A stretch of DNA of 64,000 nt. Origin: Candidatus Bathyarchaeum sp. (GTDB lineage: Archaea > Thermoproteota > Bathyarchaeia > Bathyarchaeales > Bathyarchaeaceae). The position numbers and the translations under genes are program-made. Location of the stretch: NCBI GenBank assembly GCA_020344315.1, contig CP070820.1, forward strand, positions 109,605-173,604, read 5' to 3'. The notes beneath the pieces were generated by a model. That model searched no databases and was not told the DNA's origin. It was given only the letters and a program-made list of their open reading frames with translations. Below are positions 54,352-63,997 of this stretch, piece after piece; positions within the stretch are counted from its first letter, which is position 1, and every line of letters starts with the position of its first letter.

Positions 54352-54403
54352 AACTAAAAACCTCTTGACTCGCACCTTCTCTTCGTTGTTAACCAAGCCA
54401 TTT

Positions 54404-55975
54404 TTAGCCGTCCGTAGTGATTTTTTTCAATTGTTTTATTCTTTTTTCAGTTGCGGCTAGAACTTTCTTGCGTATAGCTTCCCCTTCCAACTTTTTCATT
54501 GCCCTGCTAATTTTTGCCATCTCGTCAGCTAGTTTGTTTTCGCCGACAACTTCGCGTAGCCAGCGTTCGAAATCTCCTCTTTCCACATGGAACCAAATAG
54601 AGCTAAGGTCAATGGTCTTCAGTGTTGAATAAAACTCGTTTAAGCTGTGAACTGTTAAACCAGAGGATCGTGCGAATTCGTAAGAGAAGGTGAATCCCAT
54701 TCCGGCTGGAAGACGCCTTAGCACCCTTTTTGCTGCCAGTTCTGGTTTTTCCAGCTCTACAAGGATTCTGGCTTCGAGGTCAGAGAGGACTCTTGAATAT
54801 ACCGCAAAGGCTTCGACCGGACTGCCCATGGAACTGAAGTAGTTGTGTACGTCTCCAGGTCCTCCTCCCTTTATACTGAGGTAGTAGAGGTGGTCGCTCA
54901 TCTGAAGATAACGCCATAAACGAATCAGCTCCTTGTCACCTATTCCCTTCACCAACTGTCCCAGTTCCTTCAGAGAGTCGTAACATATGTTCTGCATTGG
55001 ATTGCCAATCCATGCGCTGGGGTCTCGTTCAATGTCAGCCCATGAGACCGTGTTGTACTCATGAACGTCAATTTCACCAACTGGATCGTGCCTGCTAATG
55101 GCTTCGGAGGGTGTTCTCCAGTGAAGGTTGTGCCATTTGTTCACCTCGCCGGGTAACCATCTTAAGAATTCATGGATACCGGATTCTGACCAGTGGTGTT
55201 CCCCAAAGGTTTCGTAGTCAACGAAAATAACTATAACTTGTCCTTGGGTTGCAGCTAGCCAGCGGGCGTATTTGGTTGCGTCCAGGGGGTACTCGTTCCA
55301 CCATGGGGAGGAGAAACGGAATCCTATATCGTCGGAGAGGCGGTAGTTGCGAAGCAATACACGAAAGTTAGAGTTTTTGGCTTTGTAGACGTAGTTGGGA
55401 CTTCTTCCCAAGAGAATCCTCTCAATTCCTTCTGTAACTGTGCCTTTGTAGCCCATTCCCTCCATTGTCTTAGCTATCGCATTATTGTATAGTAACTCGG
55501 TGTTTTCGATAACCTTTGGTTCATAGTTGAAGAGGTCCTTCATGAGCTGGCGATGCATTTGAACCTGTTCCACGAATTCTGAGCGATCTGTCCCGTGAAG
55601 GCTGGCTAACGAGTGGTAGTATGTTTCCTCCATGAATTCAACGCATCCGGTTTCGGCGAGTTGTTTGAAGGACTCGATTAGGTCTGGGTTCCAGCGTTCG
55701 CACTGTTCAAGAAAGACTCCGGATATCCCGTAAGTTACCTTGAACTTTTTCCGTTCTCTCCTGCACTCTTCAATCTGTTCCAAGATTATGCTGTTTGCTG
55801 GAAAGTAACATTTCCTTGCGGCTCTCTCGAAAACGTAACGGTTAAGCCCGTTGTCAAAATATAGGTCAAAAAGGCCCTTTTTTGTGACTTTTCCCTTAGA
55901 CAGTAGGTCAGAGTGAAAATTACGGTTCAACCTGAATGGCTGATGAACCTCAAGCATTAGACAAATGTCTGTCAT
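54404..55975 (-). CDS. Glycoside hydrolase family 57 enzyme with an extra C-terminal domain
   Basis: MTDICLMLEVHQPFRL and the following GH57-type catalytic region. The last ~99 aa align with the C-terminus of the 48131-48685 regulator. Confidence 0.8.
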   Translation of the reverse strand: MTDICLMLEVHQPFRLNRNFHSDLLSKGKVTKKGLFDLYFDNGLNRYVFERAARKCYFPANSIILEQIEECRRERKKFKVTYGISGVFLEQCERWNPDLIESFKQLAETGCVEFMEETYYHSLASLHGTDRSEFVEQVQMHRQLMKDLFNYEPKVIENTELLYNNAIAKTMEGMGYKGTVTEGIERILLGRSPNYVYKAKNSNFRVLLRNYRLSDDIGFRFSSPWWNEYPLDATKYARWLAATQGQVIVIFVDYETFGEHHWSESGIHEFLRWLPGEVNKWHNLHWRTPSEAISRHDPVGEIDVHEYNTVSWADIERDPSAWIGNPMQNICYDSLKELGQLVKGIGDKELIRLWRYLQMSDHLYYLSIKGGGPGDVHNYFSSMGSPVEAFAVYSRVLSDLEARILVELEKPELAAKRVLRRLPAGMGFTFSYEFARSSGLTVHSLNEFYSTLKTIDLSSIWFHVERGDFERWLREVVGENKLADEMAKISRAMKKLEGEAIRKKVLAATEKRIKQLKKITTDG

Positions 55976-56233
55976 GGTTGACCACCATTCACTTGAGCCC
56001 ATGTAATCTTAAGAGTCATATTTGATCCACACATTAGGCGGTACAAGCATTATCTAAGTTTATCCTCTTTATTAGGACATTTACCAAGCCGTTTCCACAA
56101 ATCTCCCAAGAAATTCTGCAGTGTTTTCTACTTTTAAAATTTCAGAATGCCACATTCACATGAGATTTACAGTATTCTCACGTAGGTTTTCGGGAGACAA
56201 AAGAATTTAGAAAATTTAGTAATTGCTTTCATA

Positions 56234-56512
56234 TTATTCGAAGGTTTCAGTATATTTACAGCTTGGATAATTGCTACATCCAAGAAACATGTTAAAGCCT
56301 TTTCTTTCAACAAGATAACCATCCTCACAAATCGGACAAATTTTAGTTTTATAACTACAAACCTCATTTGAACAGTAATAAAGATGTGCTTCTTCTAAAA
56401 CACGCAAAAAACCATCCGAACATTTAGGGCAAACTGTTGGTTTGTAAAAACAATAAGGAAAATTGTTACAAGAACACCTATGATTCCATTGATGAAGAAA
56501 CGCGACAAACAT
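56234..56512 (-). CDS. Small protein with two topoisomerase-type C4 zinc ribbons
   Basis: CPKCSDGFL...CSNEVC and CPICEDGYLVERKGFNMFLGCSNYPSC (zf-C4_Topoisom-like). The start is uncertain: 56512 or 56548. Confidence 0.5.
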   Translation of the reverse strand: MFVAFLHQWNHRCSCNNFPYCFYKPTVCPKCSDGFLRVLEEAHLYYCSNEVCSYKTKICPICEDGYLVERKGFNMFLGCSNYPSCKYTETFE

Positions 56513-56523
56513 TAATTGCTTTG

Positions 56524-56781
56524 ATGGCGCAACAAGGATACGTTCCAAAGGAAGAACTTGACAAAGTAAAAAACGATGCTGAAAAGAAAATTAATAATTA
56601 TAAAAAGGAAAGCGATAGGTAGAAACGTATCGCTAACGACCGTCTTAAAGAGCTTGAAGATTTTAAGGAGCAGATTAGAAAAAAGCGTATTGCTGAAGAA
56701 AAAAAACGTGACGACCAAATAGACAAGAAGGCAGGCAGCCTTATAGCGGAGATAACAAAGCGGAAGTTAATCTCCAACTGA
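56524..56781 (+). pseudogene. Lys/Glu-rich coiled-coil ORF interrupted by an in-frame TAG at 56620-56622
   Basis: MAQQGYVPKEELDKVKNDAEKKINNYKKESDR-TAG-KRIANDRLKELEDFKEQIRKKRIAEEKKRDDQIDKKAGSLIAEITKRKLISN. The 52 codons after the TAG contain no in-frame ATG/GTG/TTG. Confidence 0.35.
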
Positions 56782-56926
56782 TACCCCCTTAGGCCCAGCA
56801 ATCTTAAAAGATGATACCCTTATCATCCGTAAAAAATTTTGCCCTTGGGAAAGCGCGCGCATCTCCAAGTTGTACTAATCATTTCAGATAGAAAATGTTA
56901 TTCCACGCCTTTTTAAAATTTCTTAT

Positions 56927-59023
56927 CTACGAATATATAAGAGTCTCTAGGACTTTTCTTTCGTGGGGAGGCCTCTTCAAAGCTACGTCCTCAACGTACG
57001 CTCTCAACGGTTCAGCTACGCTCCAGGCCTGAGCAATACAGCCTCTGGAAATATGCGGCTCATTACCATCAAAGATTTCACCGACTGTTCCTAAGCCAGC
57101 TCGGTAAATCTCTTCACGAAAGAGAGGTTGCAGAAACTTTTTGAAACCGAAGTTTCGCCAATGTGCCTCGTGATTTTTTGTTTTTAAGAAAGCTGAGGTA
57201 AAGGGGCCAATAAGCCACGCCCAAACCGTGCCGTTGTGATATGCACTATCGCGATGACCCCGATCACCGATGTATTCTCCTATATATCGGAGATCATCGT
57301 TAGGCAGAGTTTTAAGCCCGTACTTTCCCCACAATTCTTTCCAGACTATCTCAACAATCTTCTCTTCTCTTCCTCTGTCAAGAATTGGAAAGTCCAAGGA
57401 GGCAGCAATCACCTGATTTGGCCTTAACGATGAGTCAGCACCATCCTCAGATACCACATCGAAAAGGAATCCTTTCTTGGGGTTCCAAAACTTTTGTGAA
57501 AAGCTCTCTCTAACCTTCTCAGCCATATCGTGATACTTTTCTGCTTTGTCCTCATGATTGAAGTTCTTTGCTAGCAACTGCATAAGTTTCAGGGCGTTAT
57601 ACCACAAGGCTTGAATCTCAACTGCCTTCCCATTTCTCGGTGTAACAAAACGGTCAATCGTAGCGCCATCCATCCAAGTCAATTGTGAACCGTGAGCAAT
57701 CAATCCATCTTCTTCCATGTGAATACCGAAGATGGTTCCTTCAACGTGATGATCAATGATCTCGATTAATGTTTCCCATAAATTTTCTTGAACAAATTCG
57801 AAATCACCAGTATACTTGAGGTATTGAAGAACTGCATTGAAGAACCATAAGGTGGCGTCCACTGTATTGTAGATCGGTTCATCTTCAGCCTTGTCTGAGA
57901 AGCGATTGGGTATGATGCCGTTTTGGCAATAGCGCTCAAAAGTCAGCAATATCTCCCGTGCATCCTTAAACCTTCCCGTGACAAGGGTTAATCCAGGCAG
58001 GGAAATGAGGGAGTCCCTTCCCCAATCATCAAACCAATGATAACCAGCAATCACTGACTTCTTTCCGGTTGAGGCTCTCTTTACAATGAAAGAGTCAGCC
58101 GCTTGGATGAGCCACTTCAACCAGTCTTCCATTTCTAGGTCAGCGTGGTGTTCCCGAACCTCTTCCAACAAACCTTCTCGTCGTTCTAACTCCTGACGAT
58201 ATAACAGATCAATATCTTCCATTTCTTGTCCAAAATATGAAAATAGGCTCTGGGCTTCTTCCTCGCTTTTTCCAGCTGCTGCAAGGACAAAAAATCTTTT
58301 CTTCTCTTTAGGATCAACAGAAAACCGGAAAAATCCGGGTCTAAAGTAGTCGTCGATACTGCTTTCGTTTCTTGAGGCATCAGTCCTGAAGAATACTCTT
58401 TTGATCCACCAGTTCTCCTCCACGAAAGCCCCGTCGTTTCCTGAGGACATGATTAGGGCTGATAGTGGAGCAGAGGGTTGAATTATCACGCCTTTTCCGT
58501 AGCGCTTCTGAATAAATCTCCACGCCAACCTTTCCTTGGTCGTTATGTGGTAGATGTGCCGCGAATTGACGAGGGGCGAGACGCGGATAGATAGCCTTTT
58601 GTCTAGTGGGTTAGAGACTTCGTAGATTACTATGGTCGCGTTCTTTCTGTGGGGCATAAAAATCGTCTTCTGAAGGCGGACACTATCCACAGCATACTTG
58701 TAAGTTGGAAGGGAATCAAGGATAAAGTCGGAGAGAAAACGGTGTCCTTCAGGGTGTATGACATCCCTGAACTCGTTTGCCCCTAGGGCGTAGGTTTTGT
58801 TTCCGATTTTTATTTCTTCGTCAAGCTTTGTTAGTAGAACCCAGCGATTTACTGGAGGATTAAAGGCTGCAATAAGGAGACCATGATATTTTCTTGTGTT
58901 GATTCCCAGAATGGTTGAGGAAGTATAGCCGCCTAAGCCGTTGGTTACGATCCATTCTCTTCGAAGAGCTTCATTGACATTGGAGAGAACACTCCGTCCA
59001 AGACGCATTCTAGGCAAATCCAC
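56927..59023 (-). CDS. Archaeal-type glycogen debranching enzyme (amylo-alpha-1,6-glucosidase family)
   Basis: N-terminus REWIVTNGLGGYTSSTILGINTRKYHGLL and the C-terminal (alpha/alpha)6-type region ...AYHNGTVWAWLIGPF... are typical of GDE_N plus GDE_C proteins. Confidence 0.85.
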   Translation of the reverse strand: MDLPRMRLGRSVLSNVNEALRREWIVTNGLGGYTSSTILGINTRKYHGLLIAAFNPPVNRWVLLTKLDEEIKIGNKTYALGANEFRDVIHPEGHRFLSDFILDSLPTYKYAVDSVRLQKTIFMPHRKNATIVIYEVSNPLDKRLSIRVSPLVNSRHIYHITTKERLAWRFIQKRYGKGVIIQPSAPLSALIMSSGNDGAFVEENWWIKRVFFRTDASRNESSIDDYFRPGFFRFSVDPKEKKRFFVLAAAGKSEEEAQSLFSYFGQEMEDIDLLYRQELERREGLLEEVREHHADLEMEDWLKWLIQAADSFIVKRASTGKKSVIAGYHWFDDWGRDSLISLPGLTLVTGRFKDAREILLTFERYCQNGIIPNRFSDKAEDEPIYNTVDATLWFFNAVLQYLKYTGDFEFVQENLWETLIEIIDHHVEGTIFGIHMEEDGLIAHGSQLTWMDGATIDRFVTPRNGKAVEIQALWYNALKLMQLLAKNFNHEDKAEKYHDMAEKVRESFSQKFWNPKKGFLFDVVSEDGADSSLRPNQVIAASLDFPILDRGREEKIVEIVWKELWGKYGLKTLPNDDLRYIGEYIGDRGHRDSAYHNGTVWAWLIGPFTSAFLKTKNHEAHWRNFGFKKFLQPLFREEIYRAGLGTVGEIFDGNEPHISRGCIAQAWSVAEPLRAYVEDVALKRPPHERKVLETLIYS

Positions 59024-59043
59024 TTCTGTTACATCCTGCGGAA

Positions 59044-59925
59044 TCAGAATAGAATCTTGGCAATGTTTTTCCCTGTATCCACTTTAAAGTGATTTGCTAC
59101 CGTACAACACTTCGTCCGCAACATTAAAGCATGCGGAACTGGAAGCTGAAGCTCTGTAAGGGTCTCGGCGTGACCCATGCCTTTCGCTACCACAAAATCC
59201 ACTGAATTGTAAATGTTTAGGAATTCGCTGGAACATTCTTCGAGAAACAAACCAACGGCATCTGACCCTGTGGTGATTAGCTCGTCTGCTACTTTGTCCA
59301 TTCCGACGATTTGGGCATCTTCCATGGTGGCGTCGTTGAGTATAGGACCGCTCTTAACTGCCACTATGACCTTAGCACCTAGGTTTTTCAGTTCTTGGAC
59401 AAGTAGCGTGTCGAAGGCTATTTCTCCGGCGTTGTCAGTTAAGTAAAGAATACGTTTCGCCTTCTTTGCTTTGTTGAAGATTTGAGGAATCTCATCTATA
59501 GCAAGATCCTTTTCGGCTTGCTGAATCAGTTCTTCAAGGTCTGTGAACTTGAAGGGGTTGTCTGGGAGGTCGAATTCTATGATGTTGCCAACAATGGCGG
59601 AGAGACAAGCCCTCCTAAACCGTAATTCTGCTGAGGTTTCCTTCGCGAGTAAGCTCTTTGCCAGAGGAAGAGTTTCTAGAGCCTTTTGGTTGCTGATCTG
59701 CTTTCTTTGTTTGAAGGGGTCGGGGTTGCCAGTTATCCTTCTTATCAATCTGTCGCGTTTTGTGCCTAGATAGGCGGGATTGGCTGTTGGTTTGAATTCC
59801 TCGGCTAAGAAACGCAGGAGAGCTGACAGGGGTTTGAATTGGAGAGACGGATCGTCTATGGATTCTTCAATTTCTAGGTAGCCACGATTTAGAATGCATG
59901 AGATACATCTAAGTTCAATGTTCAA
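59044..59925 (-). CDS. DUF89 (ARMT1-like damage-control phosphatase) family protein
   Basis: N-terminal CISCIL, ILYLTDNAGEIAFD, and VVAKGMGHAETL patterns typical of DUF89. Confidence 0.75.
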   Translation of the reverse strand: MNIELRCISCILNRGYLEIEESIDDPSLQFKPLSALLRFLAEEFKPTANPAYLGTKRDRLIRRITGNPDPFKQRKQISNQKALETLPLAKSLLAKETSAELRFRRACLSAIVGNIIEFDLPDNPFKFTDLEELIQQAEKDLAIDEIPQIFNKAKKAKRILYLTDNAGEIAFDTLLVQELKNLGAKVIVAVKSGPILNDATMEDAQIVGMDKVADELITTGSDAVGLFLEECSSEFLNIYNSVDFVVAKGMGHAETLTELQLPVPHALMLRTKCCTVANHFKVDTGKNIAKILF

Positions 59926-60230
59926 TTGTCAATCACTTAAAGTCTGTTAATTATCAGTTTACTGCTTTTATACTTTCATGTTAAAATAATATTGAAACAT
60001 AAGATGGTGCTTTTTCTCTCTATATTTCAATGAATATAAATAAATTTAACTATAAAGAAAATCGTGAAAATCAAGACTCCTCAGATTTTCTCTAAAACCT
60101 GCGCATAGGAAGAAAGGGGTTTGCTGAGTCGTACCACGGGGCGAATTTAAGGAGAAAGACAATGAAATCTCAAGCAGCGGCTATCGCTTTTTGTGATTTT
60201 CATCTTTCCCCGTGGTGACGCCTTTTCAGT

Positions 60231-60272
60231 CCCTTTTTTTCCTCCGATGCTTTACTCCCCATAAAAAAAGGG
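60231..60272 (-). terminator. Hairpin with a T7 run just after the stop of the surface-protein gene
   Basis: CCCTTTTTTT (60231-60240) pairs with AAAAAAAGGG (60263-60272). The minus-strand transcript reads CCCUUUUUUU 16 nt after the stop at 60288. Confidence 0.35.
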
Positions 60273-60287
60273 AGGGAAAATTTGGGT

Positions 60288-62843
60288 TTATTTTCGTTTT
60301 TTAATTACCCAGTAGGCAACTACGCCTACGATTGCCACAACAGCTACAATTGCTATAATAGCTACTTCAGTTGTGATGAGAGGTGCAGTTTCAGGCTCTA
60401 TTGGTGTTACTGGTGAAGGCGCTGGACCCACTGTTACGGCGCTTGCCGCATTTGAGCTCCAGTAGGATTCTGAGCCTTCAAAAGTTGCGATTATCTCGTA
60501 GGTGCCTTCCTCGGGAGGAGTCCATGCATGAGCAAAGGTGCCGTAATATCCGTTAGTTGTGGTTGTGCCAATGTCAATTACAGAGCCATCGTCACCAATA
60601 GCTGTCAGGGCTACTGGAACACCAGTTGGGAATGGGGGATTGTTGAGCAATGTGGAGTTCTGCATATGCAAATAGTCCATGAACTCGCTCATGTCATCGT
60701 CGGCAACAGCAGGAACTCCGTTCGGGAACCGTACTTTAGAATCGTCGTCTTGGGCGGAAGGAGACATATCCAAAACTGAACCACTTATCACCATAGCTGT
60801 TCCTTTTGATACAGCAGTTTGTGGTGCTGAAACAGTTGTTTTGGTTGGACCTTTACCTAAGCAATACAGGTTTCCATCGTATATTCCCAAACCTATGACA
60901 TAACCATTAGCAGCAGCAACGGGGAGAACTCCGCCGTTTAAAGTCCATGTGATGTCTCCCGTAGTAGCGTTAACACATGTCATCATTGCAAACCTTGGAA
61001 TAGGGTTGATTTGATATAAAATGGAATAGCCTGCGTATGCATAGATATTACCGCCCACCATTATCATTCCATCAATGTAGGGCACTACATTATTAGTGAA
61101 CTCAGTTGAGGGAAAAGCCGTACTTTCCCAAACTAATTCTCCCGTTGCCAAACTTAAAGCTCTTACTACGCCGTCAGGGAAAATAGTATAGAAGTTATTG
61201 TAGTCGTTGCTCTCAGAGCCGTAGACGGTCCATGTTGTAGCCCACGGAGAGTCGGCAAAACTGGGACTTGTCCATAGCAAAGCGCCGCTAGTCAATGAGT
61301 AGCAGTGGAACGTTGTATAAGTTGGATCAAAGATAATAAACTTGTCCACGCCATACAAAGAGATTTCCTCGTTAATTAATGCCGGATATGTCAGGTTAAG
61401 GTTCCATAGTTGGGTACCGTCTTTTGCGCTGTAACCCCAGTATTGATTGGGGTTAGTTCTTATAACAATTATAGATCCATCTGTTGATGTTGCGAACATA
61501 GTTGGAGTAGATGAGGTTAATCCGCTTGCAGCTGCTAGTGGTGTTGGCAGTGGACGTTCCCACATGATCCCTGTCGGCCAGTCGCCAATAAGCGGAGTAC
61601 CTGGTGGCGTGTAAAGTTGGCTAATGAAGCTTTGATCGATAACTTTCGACATGTTCCAAGCAACCAGCTGACCACTATGTGTAGTTGCATAGGCAAGGTT
61701 GGTGCCGTCAACAAGATAGTAGCTGGCTACAGAGGCGTTAGCGATTGATATACTAAGTGCTCCAGTAAATGGATCATAATAATTCCATGTACTGCTAGGT
61801 GCGAAAAGACTTCCACCACTTGAAAACAGGTATGATGTTGGCGAGTTTCCATAAGAAGAGAGAAATACTGTCGTTTGACCTGGCGTAGCAAGAAGGCTTT
61901 GAGCATATGGGTTTCCAGGTAGGTGTATACCAAAGTTAATTTGACCAGGAGCTGTATACAATATTTTTCCAGTTGTCAAATCGATGCATTCAAAGTTGTT
62001 TTTATTGGGTATATTTATGAATGCTTTGCCATCCATTATTGTAGTACTAACAAAATTTAGAGCAGATTGGTGGCTCCAGCTGCCATAATCTCCGCCTATA
62101 AGGCCTCCCGTTTTAAGCGGTTGGCTCCAAACTATGTGCGCAGTGTTTGGTCCTGAACCATACGGCTGCCATAGGCGACTAGTGGTACCGGTAATCGTTA
62201 GACCCGTTAAGGAACTGCCAAGCCAGTCGCCTGAGATTTGGCTCCATTCTCTGTTGTTGCTGCTTATCGGGTGATCCCAGTATGTATTTTCGTTTGGCAG
62301 TTGTGCCCATGGATAACCATTTAGCAAGCCAGCAAGTTGCTCCTCTTCTGTCACAGTAAATGAAAAAGAATTACTTGTACAGGCCATGTATTGAACCGTT
62401 CCAGAATAGTCAGTTATGTCCTGTGCAGGCATCGTGAATGATACACTCCAATCACCCGCCATGTCAGGCTCATAATAGAAGTATAGAGCGCCAAGTGATT
62501 GGGTTTGTCCTGGAGCATATATGCCTGTTGCGTCTACTGGCATAAATGTGTCTTTCGTTCCGTTAGGTTTTATGAACGTCACCGTTATTCCGTTGAAGCC
62601 TAGGTAAGAGGCCTGATAAAAATAGTTGTCAGGTAGAGGAAAGATCCATAGGTTTACAGTTGCTGTTTGGCCAACTCCGATCAGTGTTGGTGCGACAGTT
62701 ATGTACCCTACAGTTTTCTCTGGCTGAGGAATACCAACTTGAGCTAAACTGGACTGAGTAAGAACCAACAAAAATGTCATTGCTAGCATCAGAATCAATA
62801 AAAGCGAGCATATTACTTTTTTGTTACCTTTTGATTTTTTCAT
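60288..62843 (-). CDS. Large secreted PQQ-like beta-propeller repeat protein with a C-terminal TM anchor
   Basis: Signal peptide KKVICSLLLILMLAMTFLLVL. Recurrent G-x-[LIV]-x-W blades (GQLVAWN, DGTQLWN, GALLWTS, GELVWES, GDITWTL). C-terminus is TTEVAIIAIVAVVAIVGVVAYWVIKKRK. Confidence 0.65.
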   Translation of the reverse strand: MKKSKGNKKVICSLLLILMLAMTFLLVLTQSSLAQVGIPQPEKTVGYITVAPTLIGVGQTATVNLWIFPLPDNYFYQASYLGFNGITVTFIKPNGTKDTFMPVDATGIYAPGQTQSLGALYFYYEPDMAGDWSVSFTMPAQDITDYSGTVQYMACTSNSFSFTVTEEEQLAGLLNGYPWAQLPNENTYWDHPISSNNREWSQISGDWLGSSLTGLTITGTTSRLWQPYGSGPNTAHIVWSQPLKTGGLIGGDYGSWSHQSALNFVSTTIMDGKAFINIPNKNNFECIDLTTGKILYTAPGQINFGIHLPGNPYAQSLLATPGQTTVFLSSYGNSPTSYLFSSGGSLFAPSSTWNYYDPFTGALSISIANASVASYYLVDGTNLAYATTHSGQLVAWNMSKVIDQSFISQLYTPPGTPLIGDWPTGIMWERPLPTPLAAASGLTSSTPTMFATSTDGSIIVIRTNPNQYWGYSAKDGTQLWNLNLTYPALINEEISLYGVDKFIIFDPTYTTFHCYSLTSGALLWTSPSFADSPWATTWTVYGSESNDYNNFYTIFPDGVVRALSLATGELVWESTAFPSTEFTNNVVPYIDGMIMVGGNIYAYAGYSILYQINPIPRFAMMTCVNATTGDITWTLNGGVLPVAAANGYVIGLGIYDGNLYCLGKGPTKTTVSAPQTAVSKGTAMVISGSVLDMSPSAQDDDSKVRFPNGVPAVADDDMSEFMDYLHMQNSTLLNNPPFPTGVPVALTAIGDDGSVIDIGTTTTNGYYGTFAHAWTPPEEGTYEIIATFEGSESYWSSNAASAVTVGPAPSPVTPIEPETAPLITTEVAIIAIVAVVAIVGVVAYWVIKKRK

Positions 62844-63139
62844 ATTTTTACCTTCATTGAGGTTTATATTTGCGGTGAGGCTTCAGTCGCGCTAAGCAAC
62901 CGCACTCAGAAATCCTACTCATCGACTTCCAATTGAAAAACTAGAAATAAGCGTAAAACATGTACCCATAGCTAGCTCTGAAACAGCAAAAGTTGAAGCA
63001 TTCATCTCTCCATTGTTCCCCTTGAATCCCCCTAGTTGTAGATCAAGTCGCCTCCAGCGACTTTACCCCATCTCACAACTACGTTATCTAATGATTCAGC
63101 GTTTAAAACTTTCTACACCAAAAAATAGTTGCACGCAAA

Positions 63140-63997
63140 TTAACCTTCAGAAGTATTTTCTAAAGCGTCAAGAACAGAGAACCCCAGATCAGTTATATCG
63201 TATTTGTAGTAGCTTTGGCTTTCTCGTCTCGGAACTACTAAGCCTCTAGCCTTAAGTCTAATGAGGGCATCATGGGAGGGCTTGCCAAACTCGTTTTTTA
63301 TCGCTTTATGGTAGGTTGGTCCTCTCCTCGTGAGGAGCGTCAATATGTCAATGTCTATCTGAGCTATTCTCTTAGCGATCTTATCCACTTGTGTTGTAGC
63401 CATAGTCTCATTTATACTGAACAGTACTTCATCAGCTAAACCACAGCGCATCTCATCATACTGCTTAAAGACGTCTAGGGGAATTTCGCCAAATTTGAAG
63501 TCTTGAAGCCACTCCTTAGACTGTCTGCTGTGCCATGATCTGAAGTCTTGCTGCTGCTTAACTCGATCATATTTGCATCTTCCTCTGGAGTAAACCCAGA
63601 GTTCATGGCTGTACTTATCTACTAGCTGCTGGGTTGGTTCGCTAGGAGAAACCATGTTGGCGATTAAAACCCCAAGTTTAGTTCCCAGAGTATCGAAAGC
63701 TCCTTTGAAGGTATCCCAGCCTCTTTCATGCTGCGTCTTCGCCTTATTGCTGTGCGCTCCAAAATCATCCCAGATTATAAGCGGAACCCTCATGTGTAAA
63801 TCGTTGTGGGTAGGCCATCTTTCAGGGATCCCCTTCTGTAGTTTATAGAGTAGCTGGTTGAGATTGAATACGATACAGTCAAGAACCTTATTCCAGTCTT
63901 TGTAAATATGATATGCTAGGAGTAGGCATAGGGTAGATTTGCCTTTTCGTGGAGGTCCCCAGCACACCATCCACGCGTACTCGTCATTATCTATCAT
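63140..63997 (-). CDS. P-loop NTPase with a C-terminal winged-helix domain (mobile-element-like); N-terminus may extend beyond the window
   Basis: Walker A GPPRKGKST, Walker B LIIWDDFG. C-terminal LTLLTRRGPTYHKAIKNEFGKPSHDALIRLKARGLV is wHTH-like. The frame stays open upstream of ATG 63997 to the window edge. Confidence 0.55.
   Translation of the reverse strand: MIDNDEYAWMVCWGPPRKGKSTLCLLLAYHIYKDWNKVLDCIVFNLNQLLYKLQKGIPERWPTHNDLHMRVPLIIWDDFGAHSNKAKTQHERGWDTFKGAFDTLGTKLGVLIANMVSPSEPTQQLVDKYSHELWVYSRGRCKYDRVKQQQDFRSWHSRQSKEWLQDFKFGEIPLDVFKQYDEMRCGLADEVLFSINETMATTQVDKIAKRIAQIDIDILTLLTRRGPTYHKAIKNEFGKPSHDALIRLKARGLVVPRRESQSYYKYDITDLGFSVLDALENTSEG

Noticed and set aside
56620-56622. In-frame TAG as a possible pyrrolysine codon.
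   Set aside because: There are no pyl genes or a PYLIS-like context in the window. The host ORF is a low-complexity coiled coil in a decayed-looking region. Pseudogenisation is the simpler reading, and it is kept only as a low-interest note.
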